In this document: positions 23,929 through 36,429 of the stretch, piece by piece
How the letters are laid out: every line of letters starts with the position of its first letter
Numbering within the stretch: position 1 is the first letter of the stretch
Source of the DNA: Lama glama
Taxonomy: Eukaryota
Reading direction: 5' to 3'
Assembly (NCBI GenBank): GCA_028534125.1
Contig: CM052851.1
Span: 2,542,001-2,606,000 of the forward strand
DNA: 64,000 bases
Made by a program: the position numbers and the translations under genes
Notes under the pieces: generated by a model
Told to the model about the DNA's origin: nothing
The model's input: the letters and a program-made list of their open reading frames with translations, nothing else
The model's database searches: none

Positions 23929-24595
23929 CTCTGATGTGGGCGTGGCTGGCAGCAGGGTGTTGGTGTGCCCAGGCTGTGTGTGGGATGCAGCTGTTCTTGG
24001 GTTCCATGATGAACTTTACCACCTCTGACCTTGGGCAGCCGGGCTGGTGGGTTGACCAGGACTCTGTCCTGAACTGTTGGTAGCTTCTCCTCTGAGACGC
24101 TGGCTGTCCCACTTCCAGATCAGCATTCCTGGAGGCATGAGTTTCCTGTTGCTCTGCAGTCCAGTTTGTGGGCCAGCAGCCCTGGCCTCAGGCAGCGCAG
24201 TCTTGAGCTGGGTGCGGCTTCGGTCCAAAGTGGGCGGGATGGGACGCCGCCCGTGGCATTGAGCTCAAAGGAGGCCATGTCCTTTGCTGCCAGGAGTCAT
24301 TGGCCTGTCCCTTCCCCTGCAGCCTGAAGGCTTACTTTTCTTCAGCTGCCTTTTCTTGGAAAGGACACTTTCTATTTCTGGTTCCAGCTCTCGGAGAAAC
24401 CCGAGGCAGCTGCAGCGTGGATCCCGGCCCTCGTGGCCCCTGTGGGCAGTGTCCTCATTCCGGGTCCCTGGGCGTACTGATCGCACAGAGGGAGGGCCTT
24501 GCCTCTGGTCTAGAACCTCCTGTCTCCCGCTGCCGGTCCCGGTGTGTTGGGTGGAGAAAGGAGCAGGCTTAGGGTCGGGACAGTAAAGTTGAGGG

Positions 24596-24975
24596 GTGTG
24601 TTACAGCTCTGCCTGCTGTAACAATGTCCCACAGAGGGGACGGCTTAAACCACAGGCATTTACTGTCTCCCATCCTGGGGGCTGGAATCCAAGGTCCAGG
24701 CGTGGACAGGGCTGGCTCCTCCCGGGGCCTCTCTCCTCGGCGTGGAGACAGCCGCCTTCCCCCTGTGTCCTCACGTGGTGTCCCTCTGCGTGTGTCTGTG
24801 TCCTGATCTCCTCTTCTTACAAGGACCCCAGTCCTGTGGGACTAGGGCCCACCCTAGTGATTAATGTTAACTTAATCCCCTCTTAAAAGATCTCCTTTCC
24901 AAATTCAGCCCCACCTGAGGTCCCAGGGGTTAGGACTGCAGTGTAGGAATTGAGGGGGACACAGTTCAGCCCATG
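24596..24975 (-). mobile_element. MLT1A/B-like solo LTR
   Basis: GCTGTAACAA…GGCTTAAAC…GTGTCTGTGTCCTGATCTCCTCTTCTTACAAGGAC…GGGGACACAGTTCAGCCCA. Confidence 0.85.
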
Positions 24976-25374
24976 TTCAGGGGCTCCGTGCAGGTCGTGG
25001 TGAGGAGGGACCCTGTGGCTGCCTCAGTGTCTCAACTGCGTTGTGAGACAGGGCAGCCCATCCTTACACGGTCCCTGCCTGGGCCGCTACAGGCGTGGGC
25101 GCTGCCTGGATGGAAGTCGGACCCCGCGTCTCTTCCATCTCCAATGCTGGCTTGAGCCTCCGTGGCACGGAGAGCTTCTCTGTCCCCACCTGTCTCCGCT
25201 TCTGTGTCGGGGTGAGTTCTGCACGCAGCGGGGTCCCGCGGGGCTCAGCACAGAACTCAGTGTCCGTGTCCTTGGAGTGCTTGCGGGGCTTGGCACACAC
25301 AGGCCCAGACCCCTGCCCTCGATGGCAGGGACCTGCATTCACTCACCCACCTCTCCTGTTCTCTCCGACCCCAG

Positions 25375-25690
25375 TGCCCTTCCGAGAGGCCCCGGCGTAC
25401 TCCAACCGTAGGCGGCGGCCCCCCAGCACGCTGGCCGCCCCCCGGGTCCTGCTGCGCTCCAACAGTGACAACAACCTCACCGCCAGCGCACCCGACTGGG
25501 CCGCCTGCTCCGCCGCCGCCCACCGCAGCCTCTCGCCCCAGCTGCTGCAGCAGGTGCCCGGCAGACCCGACGGGGCCCTGAAGACCATCGCGAGCTACAC
25601 CCCCGGGCCCCGCAGCCGCTCCCCGTCACTCAACAGGCTGGGCGGCGCCAGTGAGGATGGCAAGAGGCCCCAGCAGCCCTGGCATGTCGG
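25375..25690 (+). CDS. SHANK2: SHANK2 internal exon, 316 nt (VPFREAPAYSNRRRRPP…GKRPQQPWHVG), linker before SH3
   Basis: Pyrimidine tract + CCCCAG acceptor (AG 25373-25374); donor GG|GTAAGG at 25691; translation matches recalled SHANK2; phase 1 in, phase 2 out. Confidence 0.97.
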
Positions 25691-27529
25691 GTAAGGAGCG
25701 GCCGGCGGGCGGGCTCCTGTGGGGACCACGGAGAGGAAGACCTCGGGACACCAGGGACCCTGGTTTCTGGGACTTGGCACGTGACCAGAGCTTGAGCAGG
25801 ACACCTGTTTTATTCCAATCAGGACGTTGAGAACACTTGCAAACCAGAGTCCTGCCCACTGCCCCGCCTCGCCTCAGACAGCCTCCTGGAGCAGTGGGCA
25901 CGCAGCCGCTGCTCAGGGCAGGTGTGGGGGGCCCAGCTGGGCTCCTGGGGTGGCCTGGGGCGGCCGCTGGTGTTTGGGGCCCGCTTCCTTTCCTTGTGCA
26001 CTGGCTTCTGGGTCTTAAAAGCAAAGTGTGGATAGGGAACTCAGGGCACCAGCTTGTCCTGGGGGGGAGAGTTCCTCCAGAGCCGCGTCATGCGAATGCG
26101 CCTTAGCCAAGGTGATGGTCACGTGCACAGCTGAGTCTCCGAGGGGCCGCGTGTGGGCACTGGAACCCGACAGATGCCCCCAGCCATGGCAACAGCCCTG
26201 GCTGGTCCCACTGTGTCCACACACGAGGCAGGTGCAGGGAGGGCATCTCGGCAAACTCCGAAGCAGCCCAGGGGGTGGGAACCCCATTCTTGTCCCTTTT
26301 GGAGACAGGGCAGACTGAGTGTGGACCCCTCGGGCGTCTGACTCAGGCTCTGGGCCCTCCCCACACCCCCCGTCTCCCACCAGAGATGGGAGCTGTACCC
26401 GCAGCTCCCAGACAGGCTCTCCCACTTCTCCTGTGGCTTTCAGGGTTTTTCAGGCCAGGATGAGACTTCCTGGGGAGGGGTGGGGTTGGGATCGTTGCCT
26501 GGGCCTCGGGGGGCCGGGTTCAGGGCTGATTGGAGCAGACAACGCAGCAACCGTCTCTGTCACCGCTGGTCCCCCCTCTGCGATCTCACATGCGCCCAGG
26601 AGCTGCTCCGTTCCCCAGTGTCTCTGGGAGGCTGGCCCTGCGTGCTCCCATCTCACAGTTGAGAAGACTGAGGCCTGTGGTGTGGCTGGGGCCGGACCCT
26701 GGTCCCTGCGTCTGCGACATGGTGGTCATGGGGCTTGTGCTTCTCGAACTCTGTCCTCACCCGCGGTGGCCCAGAGTGAGCCAGCACTCCTGTGAGTCCC
26801 GGCTGGCACGGTGTATGGGGTGACGGCACTCTGCAGGGGACCTGGTTCCCTGTCCCCCCTTGCTTTGTTCCCTTGGGCTCGCTGTGCCAGCCTGCGGTGA
26901 GTGTGGCTGGCCGGGGTCGTTCCTGACGCCCTGCCCCCAGCTCAGAGAGGGGAGGGTGGGGCGGGGGCTCAGGCTGGGGCAAGGGGTCAGTGCTTCACGT
27001 GGCCCTGGAAGAGGGCCACGTGTGCGCCTGTGAGCAGCAGGCCAGGTGTCCGGGCTGCAGCCTTGAGGTCGTGGGGAGAGTGTGCCGTGGGAACCCCAGT
27101 CCCTGGCCGCGGCCGGGCCCCCTCGCTGCCCTGCCGCCCCAGGCCCGCGTCCGTGCTTGAGCCCGCCGAGGCTGCCCCTCCGCCCCAGCAGCTCGTTCTC
27201 AGACCACGAGAACCCGTGCTTGTCTCTGGTCTAGATTCTCGCTCGGAGTCGCCCCAAGGGAGAAGCCCCAGGTGCCAGCGAGCAGCTTAAAGCTAAATTA
27301 AAGGGTCCCCTGAGGCCTCAAGTTCCACTTCACACCGTTAGCTAGAATTAGGGCTGTACGTTTAAACAGAGTGTGTCCCCTCCCTCGGGTGTGGAATCTA
27401 GTAAGATACCCAAGGCAGGGTGGCCGGGGACTTGCAAAAGCTGCAGACAAACCATTGCTGGTGAAGAGACAGAGCACCTGGCACACTGCGGGGACCGCCG
27501 TGTCTGACTGTCCCTGTTGTCCCGCGCCG

Positions 27530-27675
27530 GGCTGTGTGCTGTCTGCGTGGTGCACGTGTGTGTGCGTGTGTGCGTACATGGACTTGTGTGTACCTCCGTG
27601 TGTGTGCGTGCACTCGTGTATCCCTGTGTGCATGTGTGTGTGCGCATGTGTGGCGCGTGCACACACGTGCGTGTG
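27530..27675. repeat. Degenerate (TG/CG/CA)n alternating purine-pyrimidine tract
   Basis: GTGCACGTGTGTGTGCGTGTGTGCGTAC…TGCATGTGTGTGTGCGCATGTG. Confidence 0.85.
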
Positions 27676-28749
27676 AGGCAGGCACAGCGCCCAGCCTGTC
27701 TTGAGTGCTTGCGACCAGGGCTTCCTAGGCACGTGCTCTGGACCCCACGTGGGCCAATCACTCGACACTTTGTGCCTCATCTCTGGTGACTATGAAACAA
27801 GGATCATAAGAAACCCGCTCCTGGGGTTGCCCGCAGGGCTGGAGGGGTGAAGTCATGGCAGTGCCTTGCTCAGTCCACAGCAGCCTATAGACGGAGCCCA
27901 GGTCTGCGTCCACCCCGAGGCCGGGTGCCTGGCCAGGCCCGTTCCATGTTCCCCAGGCTGCGGTTTGCCTGGGACTGAGGGGTTGGTTGCCCTGGATGCG
28001 AGACTTCCAGTGCTGGCACCTGCCCAGCCAGCACCCACCCTGTCCGGGGGCCCCCGACTGTCAGCCCCGCCTTCTCTGCTGTTTCCCCACCTCCTTCCCT
28101 CCACACCCGTCCAGGCCCGCCCATCCCACGTCCGTCTGCTCAGGATCCCGCTCCCTTGTCAGGGACAGTAGCTGCGCCAAGACAGGAGCCCTGTGGGCTG
28201 CTGGGGTCCTTCCCCCAAGACTGCTCCTCTGTCCTAACGGGGACCTGCCAGGCGCACTGACTGCCCCAGCACACCAGGATAACGGTGGCATTTAAGCCAC
28301 ATGCAGGCCGTCTGCTTCCTGGCCAGGGGACCGCGCCTGGCCTTTCATACCCGCAAGCAGGCATGGAAGGGACCCTACACCTCAGGCCGTGACAGGAGGC
28401 AGGGTGCCTGCACTCAGGGCCCCATCGCCCAGCCCCCAGGCCTTCTGGGGGCTCAGGGAGGTGGCTGAACTCTCCATCCCGTCTCTGTCTGCACAGCTCA
28501 GAGCCCAGCCTCTTCCTGGGACAGATGGGGACACCTCCAGGGGGGACACTGCCGCCAGCCTCAGAGTGGCCCAGGGCGCTTCCAGAGCCCTTTCCGGTTA
28601 TCAGGGAGCCCGCAGGGGTGACGATGCTCCGCAGTAATGGAGGGGGAGCCCCGTGTTGTGCACACCCTCTGTCGGTGGATCCTGTCTCCGTGGGTAGCCA
28701 CCCCTACGGCCCATCGCCCAAGCGGACCCTGTGCCACATGGCCCATTGC

Positions 28750-28890
28750 ATCCAACTCTGCCTCCTACCTGCTGTGTGACTTCAGGCAAGTCACTTGACT
28801 GCTCTGTGCCTCCGCTTTCTCATATGTTAAAAGGAACCAATAGGTTTGTGATGAGGTTGAAGTGGAATTAGTGCACCTCGTGTGCTGAGA
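28750..28890 (+). mobile_element. MIR
   Basis: GCTGTGTGACTTCAGGCAAGTCACTTGACTGCTCTGTGCCTC…TTTCTCAT…AAAAGG. Confidence 0.7.
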
Positions 28891-29160
28891 CCCGTGTCTC
28901 GCTCACAGGAAGTTCCGCAGGTGTGTTGGCTAGTGGTCACCACCGTCAAGGACGTCTTGAAAGACCCTCTGGCCACTGTGGGGCAGGCAGGGGAGGGTGT
29001 CGGGTGCCACCCTCTGTGCTGCGGGCAGGGTCATCAGTAACCAGCTGGCCTTCGTGCAGGCAGAAGAAGTCGGGGGTCCAGAGAGGCTGGGAACCCATGT
29101 GCCTGCAGCCCCTCCCCCGGTGCCCTGCTGCAGGTGGAGGCCTCTCACACACCTGCCTGA

Positions 29161-29176
29161 GACGCCCTCTAGTGGC
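29161..29176 (-). promoter_or_regulatory. Candidate CTCF site
   Basis: Reverse complement reads GCCACTAGAGGGCGTC. Confidence 0.55.
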
Positions 29177-32137
29177 GCCCACTGGCATGGCTGGTCCGTG
29201 TCCCCGAGAATCAGCCCAAGAAGGGGTTTTGTGGGGAACACTGGCCCCACTGCCCACCACCCACGTCTGGAGAGGAGTGAGGGCCGTCCTGGGACCCCTC
29301 CCAGCTACCCTGGGGGCTGACTGATTCTCATCAGGTTCAGAACAGCTCTTGACGTATTTTTTGCAAAGCTCTGGCAGCTGGTCCCTAAGGCTGCCCTGGC
29401 CTCGCCAGCAGCAGGGAGCTGGGGGCCACCTCTCATCAAAGGGGCAGGGGCTGAGCTGGGCAGGCTCAGGTAAGGTGGGGGCAGGTGGGTCCAGGTTCCA
29501 GTGCAGGGACTGGGCCATCCCAGGAGGTCCAGCTTGTACCCATGGCCCCGCTGGGGGAGGGTGACACCAGCACCGTGGGCCCGAGTAGCAGCTGTACCTC
29601 CCCGGGCACCTCGGGAAGGAACGTTCCCCGGGAAGCAAGCCCCCCGCAGCCCAGAGCATAGAACCTTGAGGTGGAGCCGCGGACTCCAGAGTCCCAGCCC
29701 CGGCCCCTACCTGTGCAGGCGGAGCAAGGGCTCCCGAAGGTTCTGGGCTGATGGGAATCGGCCCCTCCCTGCACACCCCTTCCAAGGGATGCACCCCCAT
29801 CTGGCCAGGCTCCAGGATGAAGGGGCCCCATGGTCTCACATCTGTCCATCTCCACAAGCCCTCGCCCCACCTCCTGGGGATGCACGGGCCAGAACGCCCA
29901 AAGCTATGCTCCCCTCATGGCAAAGGGACCTGGTTTCTTCTGTGAGAACCCCAGTGCTGCCCCTCCCTCTCCTGACCCAGAAAGGGGGAGGGGGAGAGGC
30001 CCCAGCTGGCGGGGCAGGGGCGGAACCGGCCGTCTCCAGACCACCCTGCCTGCTGCCCGGCCCAGGGTGCTAACGGCATGTCACCTGGATGGCAGGAGTA
30101 GGGGATCCCTGAGGAGCCGGCCCCCGGGTCTATGCTGGGCCCCTGGTGGGGAGACGGGGCCAGGTGCAGGGGTCACCCTGGGGGAGCAGGTGCGCCCTGC
30201 CTGCTGAGGAATCCAGTCCAGGCATCACACAGGCCACCCTCACCTGTCACTTTCTCTGCTTCTGCACTGGGGGACATTCGGGGTTTTCTCTGCTCCGTGT
30301 TGGGTGCTCAGCCTGCAGGGGTGAATGCCCCAGGAGTGAGGGCAGAAAGCCTGTCAGCTCCAGGGGCGATGTAGTTGAGGACAAGAGCCCCCCAGAGTCA
30401 GAGCTCACACAAGTCAGGGTTCGGACCTCGGTGGGAGAGACGAGGGGGGTCCGTGGAGGAGGGGGCTCCCGAGGTGGAGAAAGGGGCGACCCAGGTGTTA
30501 GGAGGAGGCAAGGGGCCCCCTGTGACTGGGGCGCCCCGTGAGATGCTAGAGAAAGGAGGTGCATTCAGTACTTTTCCCCATTCCTCGAGAGCATTTGGTA
30601 CCCACACCCCGCCGCCTGGAGCCAGTGGGGACCTTGGGTTTGCAAACAGGCAGAACCCAAGGCCGGTGCCTGGGGACATCATGGAGCGTGTCTGGGTAGC
30701 TGGACATTCCTCAGATCACTGTGGATCCCCCTTCCCTGGAGTTCACAAAAGCCCCACTGCACACTGGTTGTCCCCCCAGTGTCACCATGGCCAGTGGGAT
30801 GGGACAGCTGATGGCGGTCACCCTTGTAGCACCCCCTGAGGACCTCAGGGAATGGTGTGGAGTGCGGGATGCCGGCCCCTGCACAACAGAGGCAGGCACA
30901 GCCCAGAAGCCCAGGAGGGGGCCAAGCGCGCAGGGTCTGTGCGGGCTGAGGGCGCCTGCATTTCTTCGTGGCCTGAAGGCAGAGGTGGAGACGGTGCTGG
31001 TGATGCTGGGGTGACGTGGGGTCTGAGCTTTTACGCTTCAGACACAACTGTCAGCAGCACTCAGGGTTTGGGACCTCTGTGGTGGGGCCAGAGTCCCCAG
31101 CGGGCAACTCCCCAGCAGCTGCCTTCCGCTCCTCCTGTGGAGCCCGGAACAGGTCCCCTACCTGCGGCGATGCTGCCTCTTCGTGCTCTAATTCTCCTGC
31201 CGCTCTGCGCATCCGCCCGGGCTCCCCACGGGGCCGCCTGCCCCCAGCCTTCGTCAGCCCCAGCCTGGCCCTCACACCACAGCCAGGGTGACCCAGTGCC
31301 CCTCCAGCCCCGTCCCCAGTCTGTAGTGTCACATTTGCCCCCAAACATCCCTGCCGAGCCTTTCCCGCAGCCCCCGCCCTCTCCCTGAGCCGCCTCATCC
31401 TCTGTGCTGCCCCATTGGACACGCAGAGAAGCGTCTTGTCAACTGGTACTTCTCCCCAGTGAGGGCCCAGTCTGCCTCAAGTCCATGGGTGTCTGCAGAC
31501 CCACAAAACACTTGGCCAGTGAATGAGTGACCGGATGTGTGAGGGACTGACAAAGGAACAAAAGGACGAAGTTACAGGTGCAAAAGTGAGTGGGCACACG
31601 ATATTCTAGAATTTTCCCGGCAAACCTGTTTGACACCTAAACATAAGAACGCCTTCCTTGCAGAAAGCTCAGAGCTCCCTCCGTGGGCTCCCAGACCACG
31701 ACATCTGTAGTATGAAAGGAGAACCAGGGTTGGGGACCCCGCCCTTCATGGTCACAACGTGAGCAGGCCCCCTCCTGAGACTCAGGTGTGGCCCCCGATT
31801 CAGGAATCTGCCCCAAGTATTGTTAATATTCCTCTTCCCCATGGCCAGGCACCCTCTGGGGAGACACCAGGTGTGCGTGAAGGCTTTTCTTGTGTTTCTG
31901 GCCAGGAGGCTCTGGGACGTGACCCCTAAACCCTTGTGCAGGTTTGTCCATGTCTGTGTATTTTTTCTAAAGACGCCGCCACAGGAGGAGAGCTCAGTGT
32001 GACTCCTTGAGATTGTTGAAAGAGCGTGCTTTTTCCCTTCCCAGAAGGAGTTGTCGGGACTGGTCACCCACCACCCATCACGGTGACGCAGGAGTGTCGT
32101 TATGGAAGATGACTGCGCGTGTCCCTGTGGACGTACA

Positions 32138-32180
32138 CCTCTCTCTCTCTCACACACACGCGCGCGCACACATGTGTGCG
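32138..32180. repeat. Compound microsatellite (CT)n(CA)n(CG)n
   Basis: CTCTCTCTCTCTCACACACACGCGCGCGCACACATGTGTGCG. Confidence 0.85.
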
Positions 32181-32476
32181 CTCACGTCCCCGTCCTGGGC
32201 CCAGTTCGGGTATAGGTATCCATGCTCACCGTCAGGTGTGGAAGTTGGCCCAGAAACACACGCTTTTTGCCAAACGGTCACACGAATCAGGAAAAGATCA
32301 AAGCCCCACGTGCGAGGGGCTCCGGGGCCGCGGGGAGCGAGCTGCCTGCATGGTGGTAGCTGAGCTTCTGCCAGAAGGTTCTGGTGGTTCCCTCACCCAG
32401 ACTGGCCGGTGCTCACGTGAAGCTGACAGAACGGCAGAGACCTGGGGCCTGCCTCCACTGCTGCCTGCACGGAGGT

Positions 32477-33025
32477 CTTTTTTTTTTTTCTCTTAAGTGT
32501 TAGGTGCATGTGAAATGTACCATCTTAGCCATTTTTAACGCACAGCTCAGTGTCATGAACTACACCCACATTGTTGTGTAACCGTTGCCTCAATCCGGCT
32601 CCAAAACTTCACCTTCCCAAACTGGAACTCTGTCCCCATTAAACACTCACTCCCCAGCCCCCTCCCCTGGCCCCTGGCCCCCACCATCCTATTCATGAAT
32701 TTGACTACACCAGGTACCTGCTCTAAGTGGAATCAGTCATTGTCTGTCCTTCTGTGACCAGCTTCCTTCACTGAGCATATTGCCTTCTGGTTTTATCCAT
32801 GCTGTAGCCTGGGACAGAATATCCTTCCTTTTCAGGGCTGAGTAATATTCCGTTGTACAGCTGGGCCAAATTTTGTGTATCTGTTCATCCATTGGTGGAC
32901 ACTTGGGTTGTTTCCATCTTTTGAGAATGATGCTGCTGTGCACATGAGTGTGCAGGTATCTGTTTGAGACCCTGATTTCGCTACTTTTAGGTGTATATCC
33001 AGAGGTGGAATGACTGGGATTACCT
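32477..33025 (-). mobile_element. L1MA/MB-like 3' end
   Basis: Poly-T, then ACCATCTTAGCCATTTTT…GGAACTCTGTCCCCATTAAACA…TTCCTTTTCAGGGCTGAGTAATATTCC…TGGACACTTGGGTTGTTTCCA. Confidence 0.85.
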
Positions 33026-33212
33026 GAGTCTTTAAACCACAAATACTGCCCCAGGGCCCTTTCATGGCTCCAGCCCCATCGAGAATTGGGAGCTCCAGTG
33101 TGACTACTCGCTGCTCCCGTTTGTTAGGAATGGGCTGGCGGTGGGTCTGGAGTGTGCCCTGCTCTGCCTCGGGTTGTAACCTCCCCCCTCTCTGTCCCCC
33201 CACTTGCTACAG

Positions 33213-33382
33213 GCCGGCTTTCCCGCCAGGTGCCAACAAAGACACGCTCTCCGCCTTTGAGTGTCCAGGGCCCAGACGGAAGCTGTACAGTGCAGTGCCC
33301 GGGCGGCTCTTTGTCGTCGTCAAGCCATACCAACCCCAGGTCGACGGCGAGATACCCCTTCACCGTGGCGACAGGGTCAAAG
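33213..33382 (+). CDS. SHANK2: SHANK2 internal exon, 170 nt (PAFPPGANKD…KLYSAVPGRLFVVVKPYQPQVDGEIPLHRGDRVK), N-terminal half of SH3
   Basis: Acceptor CTACAG (AG 33211-33212) after a C/T tract; donor AAG|GTTAGT at 33383; Shank signature RKLYSAVPGR; phases fit both neighbours. Confidence 0.97.
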
Positions 33383-34229
33383 GTTAGTGTCCACTCTGCA
33401 TCTGGGGCAGCATCAGGCCAGAGGTGACCTCCGTTGGGGTGTCATTGTGTGAGGCATTGCTTCAGTGGGAACATGGAGTCCTGGGAGGGCGGAGTGGGGA
33501 CCAGTGTGATGCTCGCGGCCACGGCATCCCTGACATCCATTAGGAAGGGTGGTACACACCCATCAGGGATGAGCGTCCACTGCAGAAAGTGCCAGGGAGG
33601 GGCAGGCGACCGCTGAGCCCCTTTCCGCCTGGAGATCCTCCCAGGACCTCAAAGGGAGATGGTGCTGGGCCGGGGTCCAGCACGGGTTGGAGCCGGACCC
33701 ATCTTGGGAGTCAAGGAGGTGTGTCCGGGGAGATGCTTCAGCCTGGGAGCCTGCAACATTCCAAGGAAGGGGGTCCACCAGGTTAGAGGGGAGGATTCCC
33801 AAAGCAGAGTCCTGGGAAACGTGGGTGGGAAAGCGTTTAGGGCCCCCGTGAACACCAGGAGTTAGACTTTGCTCCCAGGGTACTAGGGAGCCAGCGATGG
33901 TTTCTGAGCAGGGAGATGAGGCATGCGAGGCCCCGAGGGATGATGAATGTATTGAAGGCCTGTGCAGGAGGTTGGCTGTAGCTGTCCTGGAGGCCTGCGG
34001 TGCTGGAGGCCGCAGAAGCAAGAGGGAGAGGTGGCCGGTGTGGGCCGCGGGCCACATGGAGGCAGCTGAGCTCCCTGCTTAGAAAGGGGTAGAAAGACCC
34101 CTTAGGGGTCAGTCGGCCAGGTTCAAACCCCGCCTTCCCCTTGGTCACCGTTTGACCCTGAGCTTGTCATGAACTACTTCCTCCTCCGTGCTGTGCGCTG
34201 ATCCGGCCAGCATCACCTGGGTCTCACAA

Positions 34230-34720
34230 CTTTCCGCTGACAGCTGGCGCCCCGCGCTCTCTCTGGGCTCCTTCTGGTAGTCCAGCTGCACGTAATTTGA
34301 CCATCTGGCGGCACCACGAGTCCCGGGGGCTCTGTCCCTTTCATCCCCAGCATTTGTTTTCCACCTCGGGTCAGTTCCGTGGGTCTGTTTTCAAGTTTGC
34401 TTTCTCTTCCCTTTGAAATGTCCCTGTCACAGTAAGTCCACCTTGTGAATTTCTTAATTTTGCAAATTTTAAACTCTAGGCCTTCCACACGTTTGTTTGT
34501 GTTTTTTTTTTTGTGGCGTTTCTATTTGTCAAGACTTTCCATCGCTCTGTGGAGGTTTTCCGTGTTTGGAAGCACGTGCTATGTGATGACATCATGGATG
34601 GCTGTGGGCATCGCTCTGAAACCCCCGTCTGTGGTCACACTGTCACAGTCACGCTGGGGTCGGCCTCGCTCAGTCTTCCTGTCTCTGGAGAGCAGGCCCC
34701 ATCCCCTTGGGCCTTCACGT
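34230..34720 (-). mobile_element. Ancient L1 ORF1-region fragment
   Basis: Minus-strand translation (…DISKGRESKLENRPTELT…) resembles the ORF1p coiled coil; T-rich plus strand. Confidence 0.5.
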
Positions 34721-36429
34721 GTCCGAAAGCCTGCCGCGTCCTGGACGTTGGGGGCAGTGTCTTGGAGACCCTGGCTTCAGTGCATTCTCTCTCTCGGGGG
34801 GCTGCTTGGGTGCCAGCGCTGGGCCGGCTCAGGTCTCCCACGTGAGCTGGGCTGCTTTGCGTCTGTTCAGAGATAGGAGACACGGATGTGCCTACCCCCC
34901 TCTGGCTCTTTCCCTGTGGGGACTCCCCCAGGCTCTTTGGGGTGTACGGTTTCATCTTCCTGGTTCTTCAGGCCACTGAACACAGCGCCGGTCCACTGCC
35001 AGTCCTGCTGTGCGGACCGCGGTTAGGCCAGGCTCCAAGTGGTAGGGAGGGGCCTCCCCTGTAGAGCTCCCCTCCCGTCTCCCCCAGACAAGCACGCGCC
35101 CCCCACCGACCCACACCTCTGTCCACGTGCCAGTGTCCTCTCCCATCGTACTCAGGGTTCATAGCTGCCTTCTGGGACGTGGTCCCGCGGGGTCTCCAGG
35201 CGTCGCCCCTCTAAGTGGTGTCCCTGATGGCCCTTATGTTGTTTAATGAAGTATTTTGCTTAACTTTAAATTATAAACATTCAGATTACAAATACAAACA
35301 TTCGCACGACCTGCCAGCTTGAGTTTTAATTCCAGACGCGTCATGGGGTGGACTTCTCCCTCGATGCCGAGTAATTCCAGTTGACCCCACAGCTGGCGCA
35401 GGACGGCCGCCTGGCCATCCGTGCACAGGACCCCGCCTTTGCCGACGGGCTGGCTGGCGGCCAGGGAGGTGCCTGGCCGCGGCTCCATCCCAGGGCTCCT
35501 GTGGGGCCCAGAAGGAGGGCACCTGAAACATCCTTGCTGCGCCCGTGGCCGTCCCTGGACTAGAGCCTCTCGACCGTGACGCCATCCCAGAGGGCTGCTC
35601 CTGTGTCTCTCTCACTCCCCGCGGCGCGCGGGCCGGGGGGGTGGGCGTCGAAAGTGCCGGGGGGTGCCCACTCCCGGCAGAGCTGGTGGGCTAGCCGGGG
35701 GCACAGGGGCCAGAGACGCCCAGGCCTTGGGGACCTTCCTGCAGCTCTCCCAGGAGGCCGGTCCGCCCTGGCCAGGAGCCCACTGCCTTCCTCCCAGACA
35801 GAATGCGGAGGGGCAGGCGTGGGCAGTGTGGCCAGGCCAGGAGCACCGCCTCTGGGAGCAGCCACCGTTCCCACTAGCTGGGGAGGGCGGCCTGCCAGGA
35901 CTTGCTCCGCTTAGGAGCTAGTGCCTGATGACCGCTGGGTGGTGATGCTAAAAACTCCCGTCCCTTCCTGGTGGGTCAGCCTCTGAATCCGCAGAGTCGG
36001 CTGCTTGGGGGGCCGGGTGGGGTCTTGCTGGTGGCCCGTGTGAAGACAGAACGTCTGCATGCACCCCACACACCTCGAGCCCCCCAAGAAGCACCACGTC
36101 TCCCTGTCCAGCCCGGCTCTTAAACCACTGAGCCCACAGCCCTGGGCTTTGATTCCACACAGGTACAGCCCACTGTGACCCCAGACCCACGCGGGGCTTC
36201 GGGCTGGGCCGGTAAGAGCCCGGGGAGCCTTCCCGGTGGCCCCAGGCTGGTCACTTCCTGTCTGGGGCCTCATGTCCCTGTCCACACACCGGGGGTGGGA
36301 ACAGAGGAGGAGGTACAGGTGGAGGCGTGTCCACAGGCACCTGCTGTCCGCCAGGCGGACGGCTGGGATGTCACGTGTTTCTCCGCATAAACCTCATACC
36401 AGCTGTGGGCCGGAGGCTTCAGGGCCCGC

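Noticed and set aside
28946-29857. 303-aa minus-strand ORF and other long ORFs (4704-5432, 7616-8386, 22607-23329, 41881-42588, 62337-63068)
   Set aside because: Low-complexity P/G/A/R-rich frames expected at this GC content, many with GTG/TTG starts or overlapping repeats, and no recognisable domains.
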